64,000 nt of DNA from Escherichia phage CJ20, in the sequence record MT533174.1. One strand, 5' to 3'. Shown piece after piece: positions 23,980-33,304 of this stretch. Each line of letters opens with the position of its first letter. Within the stretch, counting starts at the first letter, position 1. The notes beneath the pieces are model-generated. The model was not told the DNA's origin. It did no database searches and saw only the letters and a list, made by a program, of their open reading frames with translations. The translations under genes were made by a program, and so were the position numbers.

Positions 23980-25767
23980 TTAACCGACCTGTACGTTGCC
24001 ACCAGATACTTTAGCTAATGAACCGCCATCCATATGCACAGTATTTGATGCGTTTAAATTAATGTTCGTCGCTGCAAAATTTAAATCTTGTTCGACATTT
24101 ACATCCATATTTTGAGCATTGATTGTGGCCTTTTGTTTAACGCTTATATCTGCATTCTGGTTGACATTAACTGTTGTATCTTTTTCAACCGTAATATATG
24201 CTTCTTGTTCAACAGTTATATCAGCAGTACCCATAATAACTATTTTAACATTTCCTTTAACAAGCAGAGTTCCATTACCTTCTACAGTTTTGGTTTCATT
24301 CCCTCTGATATGAATACTTTCGTTTCCATCGGTCTGACGACGAACGTTAGCCATATTATAATAGGTTTCATCACCACCAACGTTGACTTTATTATTACCG
24401 CCAACGTAAGTACTCGAATCGCCCTGGGTCATATAATAACCATCAGCCACTGTCTTCGAAGTCTTACGACCATCTGGCGCAACTTCCTCATAGGAACCGG
24501 TCGGATGAATCAGTCGATAACGTTCTTGACCTGGGGTGTTATCGAATTCCTGTACATGCCCGCCTTCGGTTTGCATTGTCTGCACATAAGGATATTCGCC
24601 CTTGTAACTTGATTCTGGCTCTTTAAATAGAATCCTTGTATCTTCTGGAGTCCACGGGTCGGCTGGGTCAGAATTTGTAGGGGCCACAAAGGTTTGAATC
24701 ATCCTATACGAACGCCCTTTAAATTCTATTTCTTTTGGGGCCATAATACCGTATGATTCCATATTACCTGTAAGGATAATCATTGATACCCTTGATGCAC
24801 GCCCTTTAGTTTGGTTAAACCATACTGAATTACGAGCTTCCTCAAATGCCTTTTTATAATCACCTACTAACATTGCGCTAAGCATTCCACGGAATTTAGT
24901 TAATCCGCCTAATCCCATTTGGAAAGCCATGTTTTCAAGAGCCATTTGTCTCGAACGGTTTTCTTTATTATAAACCGGACCAACAACACTGTGTTTGCCT
25001 ATATCATTTTGAACTTTTTTAAGGTCTTCTTGGAATAACTTAGAAGCCTCGTCCATTGATATTGCACCAGGGTTACCTTTAACTTCACGGCCTATTTGAT
25101 TAGATAATATTTTGTTTATCTGATTCATATCTCTAATAGGTTGTGGTGCAATTAAGTGGCCTATACCTATAGTTGGATATCCTTCGGTGTCCCAATATAC
25201 CTTCAGTCGAAGACCTTCATCACGGTGAAGCATATTTTCAATTGTGAAATTAGGGTTATCATCTGGTTTAACCTGACTCAAATCAAGACCATCAGGGTTA
25301 ATACCAAGGTCAAGGTTTGCATCCTGAATTACGTTCGAAGTTGCATCATAACCGACTTCACCGCCACGGTTAAGCGCCGCCGCATCATTACCAACATAAA
25401 GTGGGTATTGCCCTGTGGGGTCAGAGAAACCTTCGTTAGGATTTGCTTTTTGTCTTGAGGCTGAACCATACGTACCAATAACAAGACCGTTGAGCTTCCA
25501 CTTGTCTAAAAAGTGACCATATACTTGAGTACCTGGGACCATACCAGTCATGGCAGTTTGAATCCCAGAAACTGATGCAGATGATGTTGGCATCAATACA
25601 GACATCCAAGGAAGGTCTTCGGTTCTGATACCTTTAACAGGCCCTTGTGCTTTCTCATATGGATGCATACCCCATACACGAACACGAACACGACCTTGCT
25701 GAAGTGGGTCCATTCGGTCTTCGACAACCCCGACGAACCAACTTACATTATCTGACATGTTAATCAT
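23980..25767 (-). CDS. 5: baseplate hub / cell-puncturing spike with tail lysozyme domain, T4 gp5-like
   Basis: 595-aa ORF; N-terminus NVSWFVGVVEDRMDP...GRVRVRV, lysozyme core LRLKVYWDTEGYPTIGIGHLI and a C-terminal beta-helix-like repeat region (VNVNQNADISVKQKATINAQNMDVNVEQ) as in T4 gp5. Confidence 0.92.
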   Translation of the reverse strand: MINMSDNVSWFVGVVEDRMDPLQQGRVRVRVWGMHPYEKAQGPVKGIRTEDLPWMSVLMPTSSASVSGIQTAMTGMVPGTQVYGHFLDKWKLNGLVIGTYGSASRQKANPNEGFSDPTGQYPLYVGNDAAALNRGGEVGYDATSNVIQDANLDLGINPDGLDLSQVKPDDNPNFTIENMLHRDEGLRLKVYWDTEGYPTIGIGHLIAPQPIRDMNQINKILSNQIGREVKGNPGAISMDEASKLFQEDLKKVQNDIGKHSVVGPVYNKENRSRQMALENMAFQMGLGGLTKFRGMLSAMLVGDYKKAFEEARNSVWFNQTKGRASRVSMIILTGNMESYGIMAPKEIEFKGRSYRMIQTFVAPTNSDPADPWTPEDTRILFKEPESSYKGEYPYVQTMQTEGGHVQEFDNTPGQERYRLIHPTGSYEEVAPDGRKTSKTVADGYYMTQGDSSTYVGGNNKVNVGGDETYYNMANVRRQTDGNESIHIRGNETKTVEGNGTLLVKGNVKIVIMGTADITVEQEAYITVEKDTTVNVNQNADISVKQKATINAQNMDVNVEQDLNFAATNINLNASNTVHMDGGSLAKVSGGNVQVG

Positions 25768-26366
25768 AGAGCCTTCTCCATTTCACGGATAAGCGCAGAA
25801 ATAAATGACTCAATATCTTCTGGGTCAATTATTTTTATTTCGCGTTTGTATTCATTTTTACGAATAGCATCTTCATAGATATCCACTGCAGCCAATGGGC
25901 CTTCGTATTGTGGATATAATTTGTTCTTATCACCTTTATCGTACCAGGTGTATGGATTATCAGGATAAGAAACAAGATTCCAGAATTTTTCACCATCTTC
26001 ATTCACATGATAAAGGACCTGGTTACCACCTATATTCGAATAGCGTTGAATTGATGCCTGATACGATGATTCTTGTGAACATATCCAACCATAATAAGGG
26101 TCATAGATATTATTAAGCATAAGGAGAACCCAATAGAGTTGCGTGTTTCCATAGAGCTGGTATGCAAGTTCTTCAGGTCTCGGAGCTCCGGCGATGTAAT
26201 ATGTTTTTGGTGTATAATTAACCGCAACCTTATCAAAATAGGCACGATAGTTTCTGAAGATGTCAGTCATTGGGATGCTTAAGACATCTTCTTTCGTTAA
26301 TGATGCCGAGTTTTTTCTGATTGTTTTAGCATCATAATCAATTGGGTTAAAAAATGAAAAAAGCAT
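25764..26366 (-). CDS. 53: baseplate wedge protein, T4 gp53-like
   Basis: 200 codons from the ATG at 26364-26366 (MLFSFFNPIDYDAKT..., cf. T4 gp53 MLFTFFDPIEYAAKT) with GGAGG upstream; the ORF-track TTG extension to 26396 is rejected. Confidence 0.88.
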   Translation of the reverse strand: MLFSFFNPIDYDAKTIRKNSASLTKEDVLSIPMTDIFRNYRAYFDKVAVNYTPKTYYIAGAPRPEELAYQLYGNTQLYWVLLMLNNIYDPYYGWICSQESSYQASIQRYSNIGGNQVLYHVNEDGEKFWNLVSYPDNPYTWYDKGDKNKLYPQYEGPLAAVDIYEDAIRKNEYKREIKIIDPEDIESFISALIREMEKAL

Positions 26367-26378
26367 AAAGCCTCCATT

Positions 26379-26386
26379 TATAAATA
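26379..26386 (+). promoter_or_regulatory. T4-type late promoter (TATAAATA) upstream of gene 4, in the divergent 53/4 intergenic region
   Basis: Plus strand TATAAATA at 26379-26386, 29 nt upstream of the gene 4 ATG; AGGAGG RBS at 26405-26410. Confidence 0.65.
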
Positions 26387-26414
26387 AGTATATCAATATT
26401 TATTAGGAGGCTAT

Positions 26415-26864
26415 ATGGCATACTCCGGGAAATTTAAGCCCACCAATATAGAAAAATATAAGGGCGACTGGAAGAAAATACAATACCGGTCAAGCTGGGA
26501 GGCGTGGTTGATGAGATGGCTCGACAACCATCCGAACGTTGTTCAATGGGGCTCTGAGACTGTCATTATCCCCTACTTTAGCAATGCCGATGGTAAAAAG
26601 CGCAGATATTATATGGATTTCTGGGTTAAGTTTGATACGGGACAACAGTTCTTTTTCGAAGTTAAGCCATTAAAAGAAACAAGACCTCCAACCAAACCGG
26701 CCAATAATACCACTGCGAGTAAAAAGAGATTTATTAATGAGATGTACACCTGGAGCGTTAACTCTGACAAATGGAAAGCTGCGCAAGCTACCGCTGATAA
26801 GATGGGTATAACGTTCAGGATAATCACTGAAAACTCACTGAAAAAATTAGGATGGAAAGGATGA
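26415..26864 (+). CDS. 4: head completion protein, T4 gp4-like
   Basis: 149-aa [32 protein letters not shown]... closely matching my recall of T4 gp4 (150 aa). Confidence 0.9.
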   Translation: MAYSGKFKPTNIEKYKGDWKKIQYRSSWEAWLMRWLDNHPNVVQWGSETVIIPYFSNADGKKRRYYMDFWVKFDTGQQFFFEVKPLKETRPPTKPANNTTASKKRFINEMYTWSVNSDKWKAAQATADKMGITFRIITENSLKKLGWKG

Positions 26865-27685
26865 GTATTTTTACATTTATCAATGAATCTGCAGATAAAC
26901 CAGGTCCGAAACCCAGTAAATCCGAACAACAATGGGTTGAAATAGGGGTTGAATTTTATACAGCAAAAGAAAAGGGAATGACCTCGAAGAAGTTTGCTGA
27001 AGAGAAAGGAATCAATTATTCGACCTTTACCAAAAGCATGTCAAGATACCATTCGAGAATTCAGACTGCTTATAAAGTATCCAAGCTCAAAAAGAAACCT
27101 GCTGGTAAACTTACGAAGGCTGAACGCCAGCTGATAATGGTGAATAGTTTTAGGAAGAGCATAAGAGATAAGATTGCTAACGAAGGTGCAGCAAGCAACA
27201 CCAAATCTGCCAGATGGTTTGCTGAGACAATTAAGAAATCAGTTCGCGGTCACGTAACGGCTAAACCTCAACCAGGTAAGATTTATGCTTATATCTATGA
27301 TGCAAAGCATAAGGATACTCTTCCGTACTGGGACAAATACCCGTTAATCATTTATCTTGGGCTAGGTAAGCATAATTTGATGTATGGTTTGAACTTGCAC
27401 TATATTCCACCGAAGGCACGCCAAGAGTTCCTTGAGGAACTTCTTAAGCAATATGCTAATACTCCTACGATTACGAACAAGACTCATCTGAAGATTGATT
27501 GGTCAAAGGTGAAGGGATTTAAAGGGGCTGACCAGATGATTAAAGCATATATACCTGGCAATATAAAAGGTACTATCACTGAAATCAAGCCCAGCGACTG
27601 GGCAAACGTTGTTATGCTTCCGTTGCAAGCTTTTTACAGCAAAGGCAAAAAATTCTCTGCACAAAAAGTTTGGAGAAATTCATAA
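26861..27685 (+). CDS. 2: DNA end protector protein, T4 gp2-like
   Basis: 274-aa ORF from the ATG at 26861 ([10 protein letters not shown]...), overlapping the gene 4 stop; an in-frame ATG at 26852 is an alternative start; size and synteny as T4 gp2. Confidence 0.82.
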   Translation: MSIFTFINESADKPGPKPSKSEQQWVEIGVEFYTAKEKGMTSKKFAEEKGINYSTFTKSMSRYHSRIQTAYKVSKLKKKPAGKLTKAERQLIMVNSFRKSIRDKIANEGAASNTKSARWFAETIKKSVRGHVTAKPQPGKIYAYIYDAKHKDTLPYWDKYPLIIYLGLGKHNLMYGLNLHYIPPKARQEFLEELLKQYANTPTITNKTHLKIDWSKVKGFKGADQMIKAYIPGNIKGTITEIKPSDWANVVMLPLQAFYSKGKKFSAQKVWRNS

Positions 27686-27770
27686 TCTATTATCGGTCAG
27701 TGTTATTGGTAAGGACAAAAGGTCTAGAACCATTATAACACTGATTGGTTTAAAGCAAACAAGGTGCACT

Positions 27771-28370
27771 ATGTCAGGTTTATATAATCAAACTAACACG
27801 ACTAACTTTATATTAGAGGTAAGCGATTCAAACCTCACACAGACTTTTAAACTCAACGTTCAAGACGTTACCCTCCCAGGGGTTCACATTCCTGTGACGG
27901 ATGTCCCCGGCGGAACGCAAGGTATAAATCGCTCCAGTCTTCCTGGTAGTACAATAGAATTCGACCCGCTGATTGTTAACTTTCTGTGTGACAAAGACCT
28001 AAGAGCATGGCTTGACATCTATAAATGGATGCTCTCGCTCAACAACTACATCACACACGAATCAAAAGCATGGCATCCAAAGGGTCGTCCTGAAGCGGTC
28101 ACGCTTCATATCTTAGATAACAACAAGGACAAAATTGTCATGTCAATCCATTACTATGGAGCATGGCCGTCCGACCTGTCAGAGATTCAGTATTCATATA
28201 AAGAAGATTCTGACCCGGCTATCAACGCAACAGCAACTTTTAACTTTAAGTCTTTTGCTGTAGAAATTGATGGTATAATAATAGAAGGTAGACCACAGAT
28301 TGATAGTAATGCAGCAATGCAACAGGAAATCAGGTCTAAGTCAATGCATCCATCTATGAGAAACGTATGA
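27771..28370 (+). CDS. 3: tail completion and sheath stabiliser protein, T4 gp3-like
   Basis: 199 codons from the internal ATG at 27771 (MSGLYNQTNTTNFILEVSDSNLTQTFKLNVQDVTLPGVH...), resembling T4 gp3; the ORF-track extension from 27609 overlaps gene 2 and is rejected. Confidence 0.85.
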   Translation: MSGLYNQTNTTNFILEVSDSNLTQTFKLNVQDVTLPGVHIPVTDVPGGTQGINRSSLPGSTIEFDPLIVNFLCDKDLRAWLDIYKWMLSLNNYITHESKAWHPKGRPEAVTLHILDNNKDKIVMSIHYYGAWPSDLSEIQYSYKEDSDPAINATATFNFKSFAVEIDGIIIEGRPQIDSNAAMQQEIRSKSMHPSMRNV

Positions 28371-29043
28371 AATTAATTGCGATTGTGGGTAAAAAACGCA
28401 GTGGTAAAGATACGACTGCTGATTATGTTATTAGTCAAAACGGAACAAAGTGGCAGCTTGCAGGTCCGATTAAAGAAGCGCTTTATAAAGCGTGGATTCG
28501 TCAAGACCTGCCACACAATTTGACCCTGGAAAATTTTGATGGGCAAGGTTATGACCGTGAAAAAACCTTGATAATGAACAACACCGAAGCTTATATTCTT
28601 CTGGTTGATGCTCTTGAATGGTTAAAACAACAATATAATCTTGACCTTCCGAATCCAGATATGGTTCGTAAAATTATTGAATTTCACACACTAAATAATG
28701 TTGAGCCCTGGACGGTTAGACGTTTCATGCAGACCCTTGGAACTGACATCGTTTGTACAGAGTTCGACAGCATGTTTTGGATTAAAACTTTTGCATGCGA
28801 TTATCTTGACAACCTCTATTCTGGATATAAATATTACGTTGTCCCGGATGTTCGCCAAAAGAACGAACTTGATTCGCTTCGGGCGATGGGTGCTACAATA
28901 ATCTTTGTAGAACGCGATGAAGCAAATCATTCTACTGATACACACATTACGGAAGCTGGACTTCCACCACTAGCTAGTGACATTGTTATTAAAAACGATG
29001 GCACACTCGATGAACTTTTTGATAAAATTAATAAGGTAATATA

Positions 29044-29044
<1 letters not shown>
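28367..29044 (+). CDS. 1: deoxynucleoside monophosphate kinase, T4 gp1-like
   Basis: 225-aa ORF MKLIAIVGKKRSGKDTTADYVIS... with P-loop GKKRSGKDT and ...HITEAGLP... as in T4 gp1; ATGA overlap with gene 3. Confidence 0.9.
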
Positions 29045-29728
<684 letters not shown>

Positions 29729-29729
<1 letters not shown>

Positions 29730-29758
29730 TGTACAAATGAGTGTAGGTGCAGTATTAT
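29729..29758 (+). promoter_or_regulatory. T4-type early promoter with downstream stem-loop (PeSL-like cassette)
   Basis: -35 GTGTAC (29729-29734), 18-nt spacer, -10 TATTAT (29753-29758); inverted repeat GTAGG...CCTAC spans the -10 region. Confidence 0.55.
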
Positions 29759-29789
29759 GCTCCTACACCAACGAACAAACGGAGTTAAA

Positions 29790-30122
29790 ATGAACATAAA
29801 GACTTACAACGAGTTTTTAGCCGAATCCGCCATCAATGAGACCAAATCAATTGATGATAGTGAAGGCTCTCTGAAATTTGGTTTAACCAAAAATGCAGAT
29901 GGTGTTTTCTTTCAGATTGGTAATGAACGTTTTCAAACGTCCAAATATTCCAAAGCTGCAGTTGAAGCTGTCCTGAAATCTGGTGGCAAGTGGAAAGGCA
30001 AAGAAGGTACTAAAGAAATTGGCATCGCTGTTGACGGTGGTATGGCTTATTTTAAAATTGGCGATGAACAATTTATTATGTCTGCTCGCGGACGTAAAGA
30101 ACTGGCAAAACTTTATAAATAA
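29790..30122 (+). CDS. internal protein (ip)-like, with variant capsid-targeting N-terminus MNIKTYNEFLAE
   Basis: 110 codons from the ATG at 29790 with GGAG RBS; N-terminus is a variant of the T4 IP capsid-targeting sequence MKTYQEFIAE; lies at the T4 ipI position after 57B. Confidence 0.7.
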   Translation: MNIKTYNEFLAESAINETKSIDDSEGSLKFGLTKNADGVFFQIGNERFQTSKYSKAAVEAVLKSGGKWKGKEGTKEIGIAVDGGMAYFKIGDEQFIMSARGRKELAKLYK

Positions 30123-30130
30123 GGTTTCTT

Positions 30131-30403
30131 ATGAAAACTTTCAATGAATTTTTCAACGAGTCCCAACTGAATGAAGAAGTAAAAATTAGTAAAGCAGTCA
30201 AAGCTATGATTGACAATATCAATCACCTGTACAGCATTGACTTGACTGACCATATAACAATTGGTAACAAACGCAACTTTTTCGCGTTTGACATCTCTGA
30301 ACTTGACCAGAACCAAATTAATAACATTGAGCGTTTTGCCAATGACAAGGGTCTCCGCCATGAGACAGCTGGTTATAAAAAATATGCAATTTATCTAAAA
30401 TAG
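30131..30403 (+). CDS. internal protein (ip)-like, N-terminus MKTFNEFFNE
   Basis: 90-aa ORF with a variant CTS N-terminus; second gene of a tandem ip cluster. Confidence 0.7.
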   Translation: MKTFNEFFNESQLNEEVKISKAVKAMIDNINHLYSIDLTDHITIGNKRNFFAFDISELDQNQINNIERFANDKGLRHETAGYKKYAIYLK

Positions 30404-30411
30404 GATTTCAA

Positions 30412-30711
30412 ATGCAAACTTTTCATGAATTTTTGGTAGAAAACAATTACCTGGCGGAAGCAAAAACCTGGCCTCTGGGTCTTCAGAAGAAAAACACCTA
30501 TAAATGGGTTGACTTCAAAGGTAAAGGCGACGCTGAAGACTTTGACCAGCTGCGTAAAAATGGTTATACCTTCCTTGACTCTAACTATAACAAAATTACC
30601 TCTTTTAGTCAGAAGTCAAGCATTGCCTTCATTGAAACTGGTAAGAACTCTCCTAAAGATATTTCTGACGACTTCGCCGCTTATGGTGTAATTCGTGGTT
30701 CAAAAATGTAA
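30412..30711 (+). CDS. internal protein (ip)-like, N-terminus MQTFHEFLVE; paralog of the gene at 44475
   Basis: 99-aa ORF; variant CTS; shares GDAEDF...NGY(T/S)F...IAF(I/V)...G with the ip-like gene at 44475-44738. Confidence 0.7.
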   Translation: MQTFHEFLVENNYLAEAKTWPLGLQKKNTYKWVDFKGKGDAEDFDQLRKNGYTFLDSNYNKITSFSQKSSIAFIETGKNSPKDISDDFAAYGVIRGSKM

Positions 30712-30740
30712 TGTACATGATGGGATAGTTGCAGTATAAT
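30711..30740 (+). promoter_or_regulatory. T4-type early promoter with stem-loop (PeSL-like cassette)
   Basis: -35 ATGTAC (30711-30716), 18-nt spacer, -10 TATAAT (30735-30740) centred in the inverted repeat GGGATAgttgcagTATAATTATCCC. Confidence 0.6.
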
Positions 30741-30766
30741 TATCCCATCAACTACTGGAGCTACTA

Positions 30767-31045
30767 ATGAAAACTTATCAAGAATTTATTAACGAATCAA
30801 TTAGTCACCCGGATATGCTGGAAGACCTGAAAGGACATCTGATGGTTAAGGCCAAACCGGTTGATGGTGGCGCATTTGAGTTGTTTCTTGTTAAAGGCGA
30901 AAACGGTCCTGATAACAAGAAAGTTTCAGCAATGATGTTGACTAAAGGTTACAAAGTCAGTTCTTCCTGGAATGCTCCATTCACTTACGCGGTAAGCCCT
31001 CGTGAACTGAAAAAAGTTAAAGCTGGACAATATACAAAAATTTAG
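30767..31045 (+). CDS. internal protein (ip)-like, N-terminus MKTYQEFINE
   Basis: 92-aa ORF beginning with the canonical CTS MKTYQEFI.E; GGAG RBS. Confidence 0.75.
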   Translation: MKTYQEFINESISHPDMLEDLKGHLMVKAKPVDGGAFELFLVKGENGPDNKKVSAMMLTKGYKVSSSWNAPFTYAVSPRELKKVKAGQYTKI

Positions 31046-31074
31046 TGTACGTGATGGGATAGTTGTAGTATGAT
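31045..31074 (+). promoter_or_regulatory. T4-type early promoter with stem-loop (PeSL-like cassette)
   Basis: -35 GTGTAC (31045-31050), 18-nt spacer, -10 TATGAT (31069-31074); same GGGATAGTTG...ATCTCATCAACTACTGAGGAG leader as the copy at 30711. Confidence 0.55.
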
Positions 31075-31102
31075 TATCTCATCAACTACTGAGGAGAATA
31101 AA

Positions 31103-31288
31103 ATGAAACGTTGCGAATTAATTAGAAATGTTACTGCCCTTGTTGCTGTTACCACTTTTGGTTTTAGCATGTTTGCTGGCTTTATGTTGAATATGCTTTC
31201 AACTTCTGAGAATATAATCTCTTTAGTAGTTGCATTTTTAATTGGTTCAATCTCTTTCGTTATGGATAAAATCTCTAAAGGTGAGTAA
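31103..31288 (+). CDS. small hydrophobic (membrane) protein, 61 aa
   Basis: ATG at 31103 after GAGGAG; MKRCELIRNVTALVAVTTFGFSMFAGFMLNML... carries a predicted transmembrane segment. Confidence 0.55.
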   Translation: MKRCELIRNVTALVAVTTFGFSMFAGFMLNMLSTSENIISLVVAFLIGSISFVMDKISKGE

Positions 31289-31289
31289 A

Positions 31290-31670
31290 ATGTATAAAGT
31301 GTATGCGGATTATCAGGCAAATCCATCTGAAAAACCAGATTGCCAAATTGGGTGGGCGCATGACACCCTGCTTGAAGCGGTAGATGAAGCTCAAAAATTA
31401 GGGTATAGTTATGTGGATATTGTTCAACCTGGTGGAACAGTTATTACTCTTGAAGAATTCAAGAATATCAAAACAAACTTTTTACTCTTTGCTGGCGATA
31501 ACTATTATCCTCGTGGCGGTTATGCTGACTTAATTGCAAAAGCGGCGACTGAAGATGAACTGCGTGATATCATTAAAGAAAACGAGAAGAAGCCTTGTTA
31601 TGGTTCCAACCGTTTTGACTGGTGGCAGATTGTTAATGCCAATACACATACTATTGTTGATGAGGGCTGA
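31290..31670 (+). CDS. hypothetical protein, 126 aa
   Basis: ATG at 31290, 1 nt after the previous stop (MYKVYADYQANPSEKPD...); no family recognised. Confidence 0.6.
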   Translation: MYKVYADYQANPSEKPDCQIGWAHDTLLEAVDEAQKLGYSYVDIVQPGGTVITLEEFKNIKTNFLLFAGDNYYPRGGYADLIAKAATEDELRDIIKENEKKPCYGSNRFDWWQIVNANTHTIVDEG

Positions 31671-31672
31671 TT

Positions 31673-32149
31673 ATGAATATTAAATTTGGTCAGACCATCC
31701 CTAAAGGTTATGTGATTGAAATTGAAACCTGGGAAAATGATGGTGACAACTATAAAACCCAAACGGTATTTGGCGTAGAAGAACAAGAAATCCAACAGTA
31801 CAAATATATCCTGGAACTTTTCCATGGTTCACATTGTAACAACCGCAATAAATGTGGTAATTCAGAATGGGATGTGGTTAAACACTTGGTTATCGCCCAC
31901 ATTGCATCTGGTGTAAAATCTGGGCAGTTGACTTATGAATTTTTGGATAAAGTTCTTGGTATTGCAGATTTGGAAGCCTTGTTGAATGACGATGATGAAG
32001 AATACTACCTGAATGAAGCTCTGACTGAACTTTTAGGTATGGCTTGCGAATATGATGGCGATTTCATGCGTGTAATTTCTTATGTTAAGCTATATATAAT
32101 CGAAGAAGAAATCCGAATCCCATCTGTTAAAGCGCTTGACATGCTTTAA
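31673..32149 (+). CDS. hypothetical protein, 158 aa
   Basis: ATG ORF (MNIKFGQTIPKGYVIEIETWENDGDNYK...) directly following the previous gene; no family recognised. Confidence 0.6.
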   Translation: MNIKFGQTIPKGYVIEIETWENDGDNYKTQTVFGVEEQEIQQYKYILELFHGSHCNNRNKCGNSEWDVVKHLVIAHIASGVKSGQLTYEFLDKVLGIADLEALLNDDDEEYYLNEALTELLGMACEYDGDFMRVISYVKLYIIEEEIRIPSVKALDML

Positions 32150-32270
32150 CAAAAACGCGTTATTATTAATAAGTACCCTCTATTACCAAAGGTTCTTCCC
32201 TCAAAGAACCTTTCATAATAGCATGTGCTATTAATCAAACTTACTTTACTTAATTTTATTTGAGGTGTTT

Positions 32271-32540
32271 ATGTTAGTATTAAAATTAGCTTTTTATGAC
32301 CCTAAAACAAAGACAACCACTACCAAACGTTGCTCTATTTCGTATGAGTGTCAATTTGGCGAAATTCAGCATCCAACAGGCGAAACTTTTATGTCAATTG
32401 GTTGTTCAACATTCAATAAAGTCAAATTAATCCCGTTGGTTAATACGGCGGCTTATCTGGTTGCACCAGAAGAAATGACTTATCATACAATTCAGCATAT
32501 GGTTAAAGATGATAATGCTCCCGCTGGATTTGTAATTTAA
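32271..32540 (+). CDS. hypothetical protein, 89 aa
   Basis: ATG at 32271 with GAGG RBS (MLVLKLAFYDPKTKTTTTKRC...); ends 5 nt before the first tRNA. Confidence 0.5.
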   Translation: MLVLKLAFYDPKTKTTTTKRCSISYECQFGEIQHPTGETFMSIGCSTFNKVKLIPLVNTAAYLVAPEEMTYHTIQHMVKDDNAPAGFVI

Positions 32541-32545
32541 TTTTA

Positions 32546-32621
32546 GGCCCTGTAGCTCAATTGGTTAGAGCATCCGGCTCATAACTGGCAGGTTTCCGGT
32601 TCAAGTCCGGATGGGGCCACC
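32546..32621 (+). tRNA. tRNA with anticodon CAU (Met, or Ile if the C34 is lysidine-modified as in the T4 tRNA-Ile)
   Basis: Hand-folded cloverleaf: acceptor GGCCCTG/TGGGGCC, D stem GCTC/GAGC, anticodon loop CTCATAA, T arm TCCGG-TTCAAGT-CCGGA, discriminator A plus CC; one mismatch in the anticodon stem. Confidence 0.75.
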
Positions 32622-32698
32622 CGGGGTGTAGCTTAATTGTATAGAGCAACGGTCTTCTAAACCGTAGGTTGTGGGTTAGAATCCCGCCACCCCGACCA
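32622..32698 (+). tRNA. tRNA-Arg (anticodon UCU)
   Basis: Hand-folded cloverleaf with all stems pairing: acceptor CGGGGTG/CACCCCG, D stem GCTT/GAGC, anticodon stem ACGGT/ACCGT with loop CTTCTAA, T arm GTGGG-TTAGAAT-CCCGC, discriminator A and encoded CCA. Confidence 0.82.
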
Positions 32699-32713
32699 AT
32701 TACTGAGGATATT

Positions 32714-32953
32714 ATGGTTATTAGTGAATCATATGCAGTTATGGATATAACCAGCAACGAGCTGGTTTATAGCTTTGATGAGTTTGATGAAAATGATAAA
32801 CAAGTCCCATGGTTTGCATTAACTGCTCCACCTGAGCATAATAAATATCTAAGTTTCCCGACACGTAGATTAGCAGCAAATTTTATGGAATTCAATGACC
32901 TTGATTCCAATTATAAGGTTGTTAAAGTCAAATTAGCTATTACAATTGAATGA
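32714..32953 (+). CDS. hypothetical protein, 79 aa
   Basis: ATG at 32714 after GAGGA (MVISESYAVMDITSNELVYSFDEFDENDK...); the ORF-track extension from 32669 overlaps the tRNA and is rejected. Confidence 0.5.
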   Translation: MVISESYAVMDITSNELVYSFDEFDENDKQVPWFALTAPPEHNKYLSFPTRRLAANFMEFNDLDSNYKVVKVKLAITIE

Positions 32954-33243
32954 GAAACCGGGTCGCTACCGGTAAGTCGTCGGACTGATGTTCCCTGCGT
33001 AAGGACTGGTCTTAATAAATCTTTACGATTTGTTAATATCCCCTTACATCACAGCAGAAACGGCGCACAGAATTATCGATTCGAGGAAATATCTTTGCCG
33101 TAAGCCGAGTAGCGTTTTTGACGGAACGTTCGGATATGGTCGAGATATGGCCTTTTAAAAATATTGAGTAGCGTCAACTGCTTAATAACCGGGTTCGAAT
33201 CCCGGCGTTTCGTACAAACACTTGCCTTGCAGGTGGAACCCCG
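32954..33243 (+). ncRNA. candidate structured stable RNA(s) downstream of the tRNA pair (possible counterpart of T4 RNA species 1/2); contains a tRNA-like T-arm
   Basis: About 290 nt with no convincing ORF, GC-richer than its surroundings, several hairpins (ACCGG-gtcgcta-CCGGT at about 32949-32965), a perfect tRNA-type T arm CCGGGTTCGAATCCCGG at 33179-33195 and a terminator immediately downstream; T4 encodes small stable RNAs next to its tRNA cluster. Confidence 0.3.
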
Positions 33244-33271
33244 ACAAGGTATAGCCCCTTCCGAAAGGTTG
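33244..33271 (+). terminator. rho-independent terminator
   Basis: GCCCC...GGGGC hairpin followed by TTTTTT at 33266-33271. Confidence 0.65.
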
Positions 33272-33304
33272 GGGCTTTTTTATAAATCAACTAAAGAGAA
33301 ACGT

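Noticed and set aside
27609-27770. N-terminal extension of the gene 3 ORF overlapping gene 2
   Set aside because: It overlaps the gene 2 coding region in another frame; the conserved gp3 N-terminus begins at the ATG at 27771.
33131-33205. Possible third tRNA built around the T-arm CCGGGTTCGAATCCCGG
   Set aside because: I could not find a 5' acceptor strand or D-arm that pairs correctly upstream by hand folding; kept only as part of a candidate structured ncRNA. tRNAscan-SE should be run to confirm.
33164-33304. N-terminal extension of the 33164-33859 ORF
   Set aside because: It would read through the tRNA-like T-arm and the rho-independent terminator at 33244-33271; the real start is the ATG at 33305 before the hydrophobic segment.
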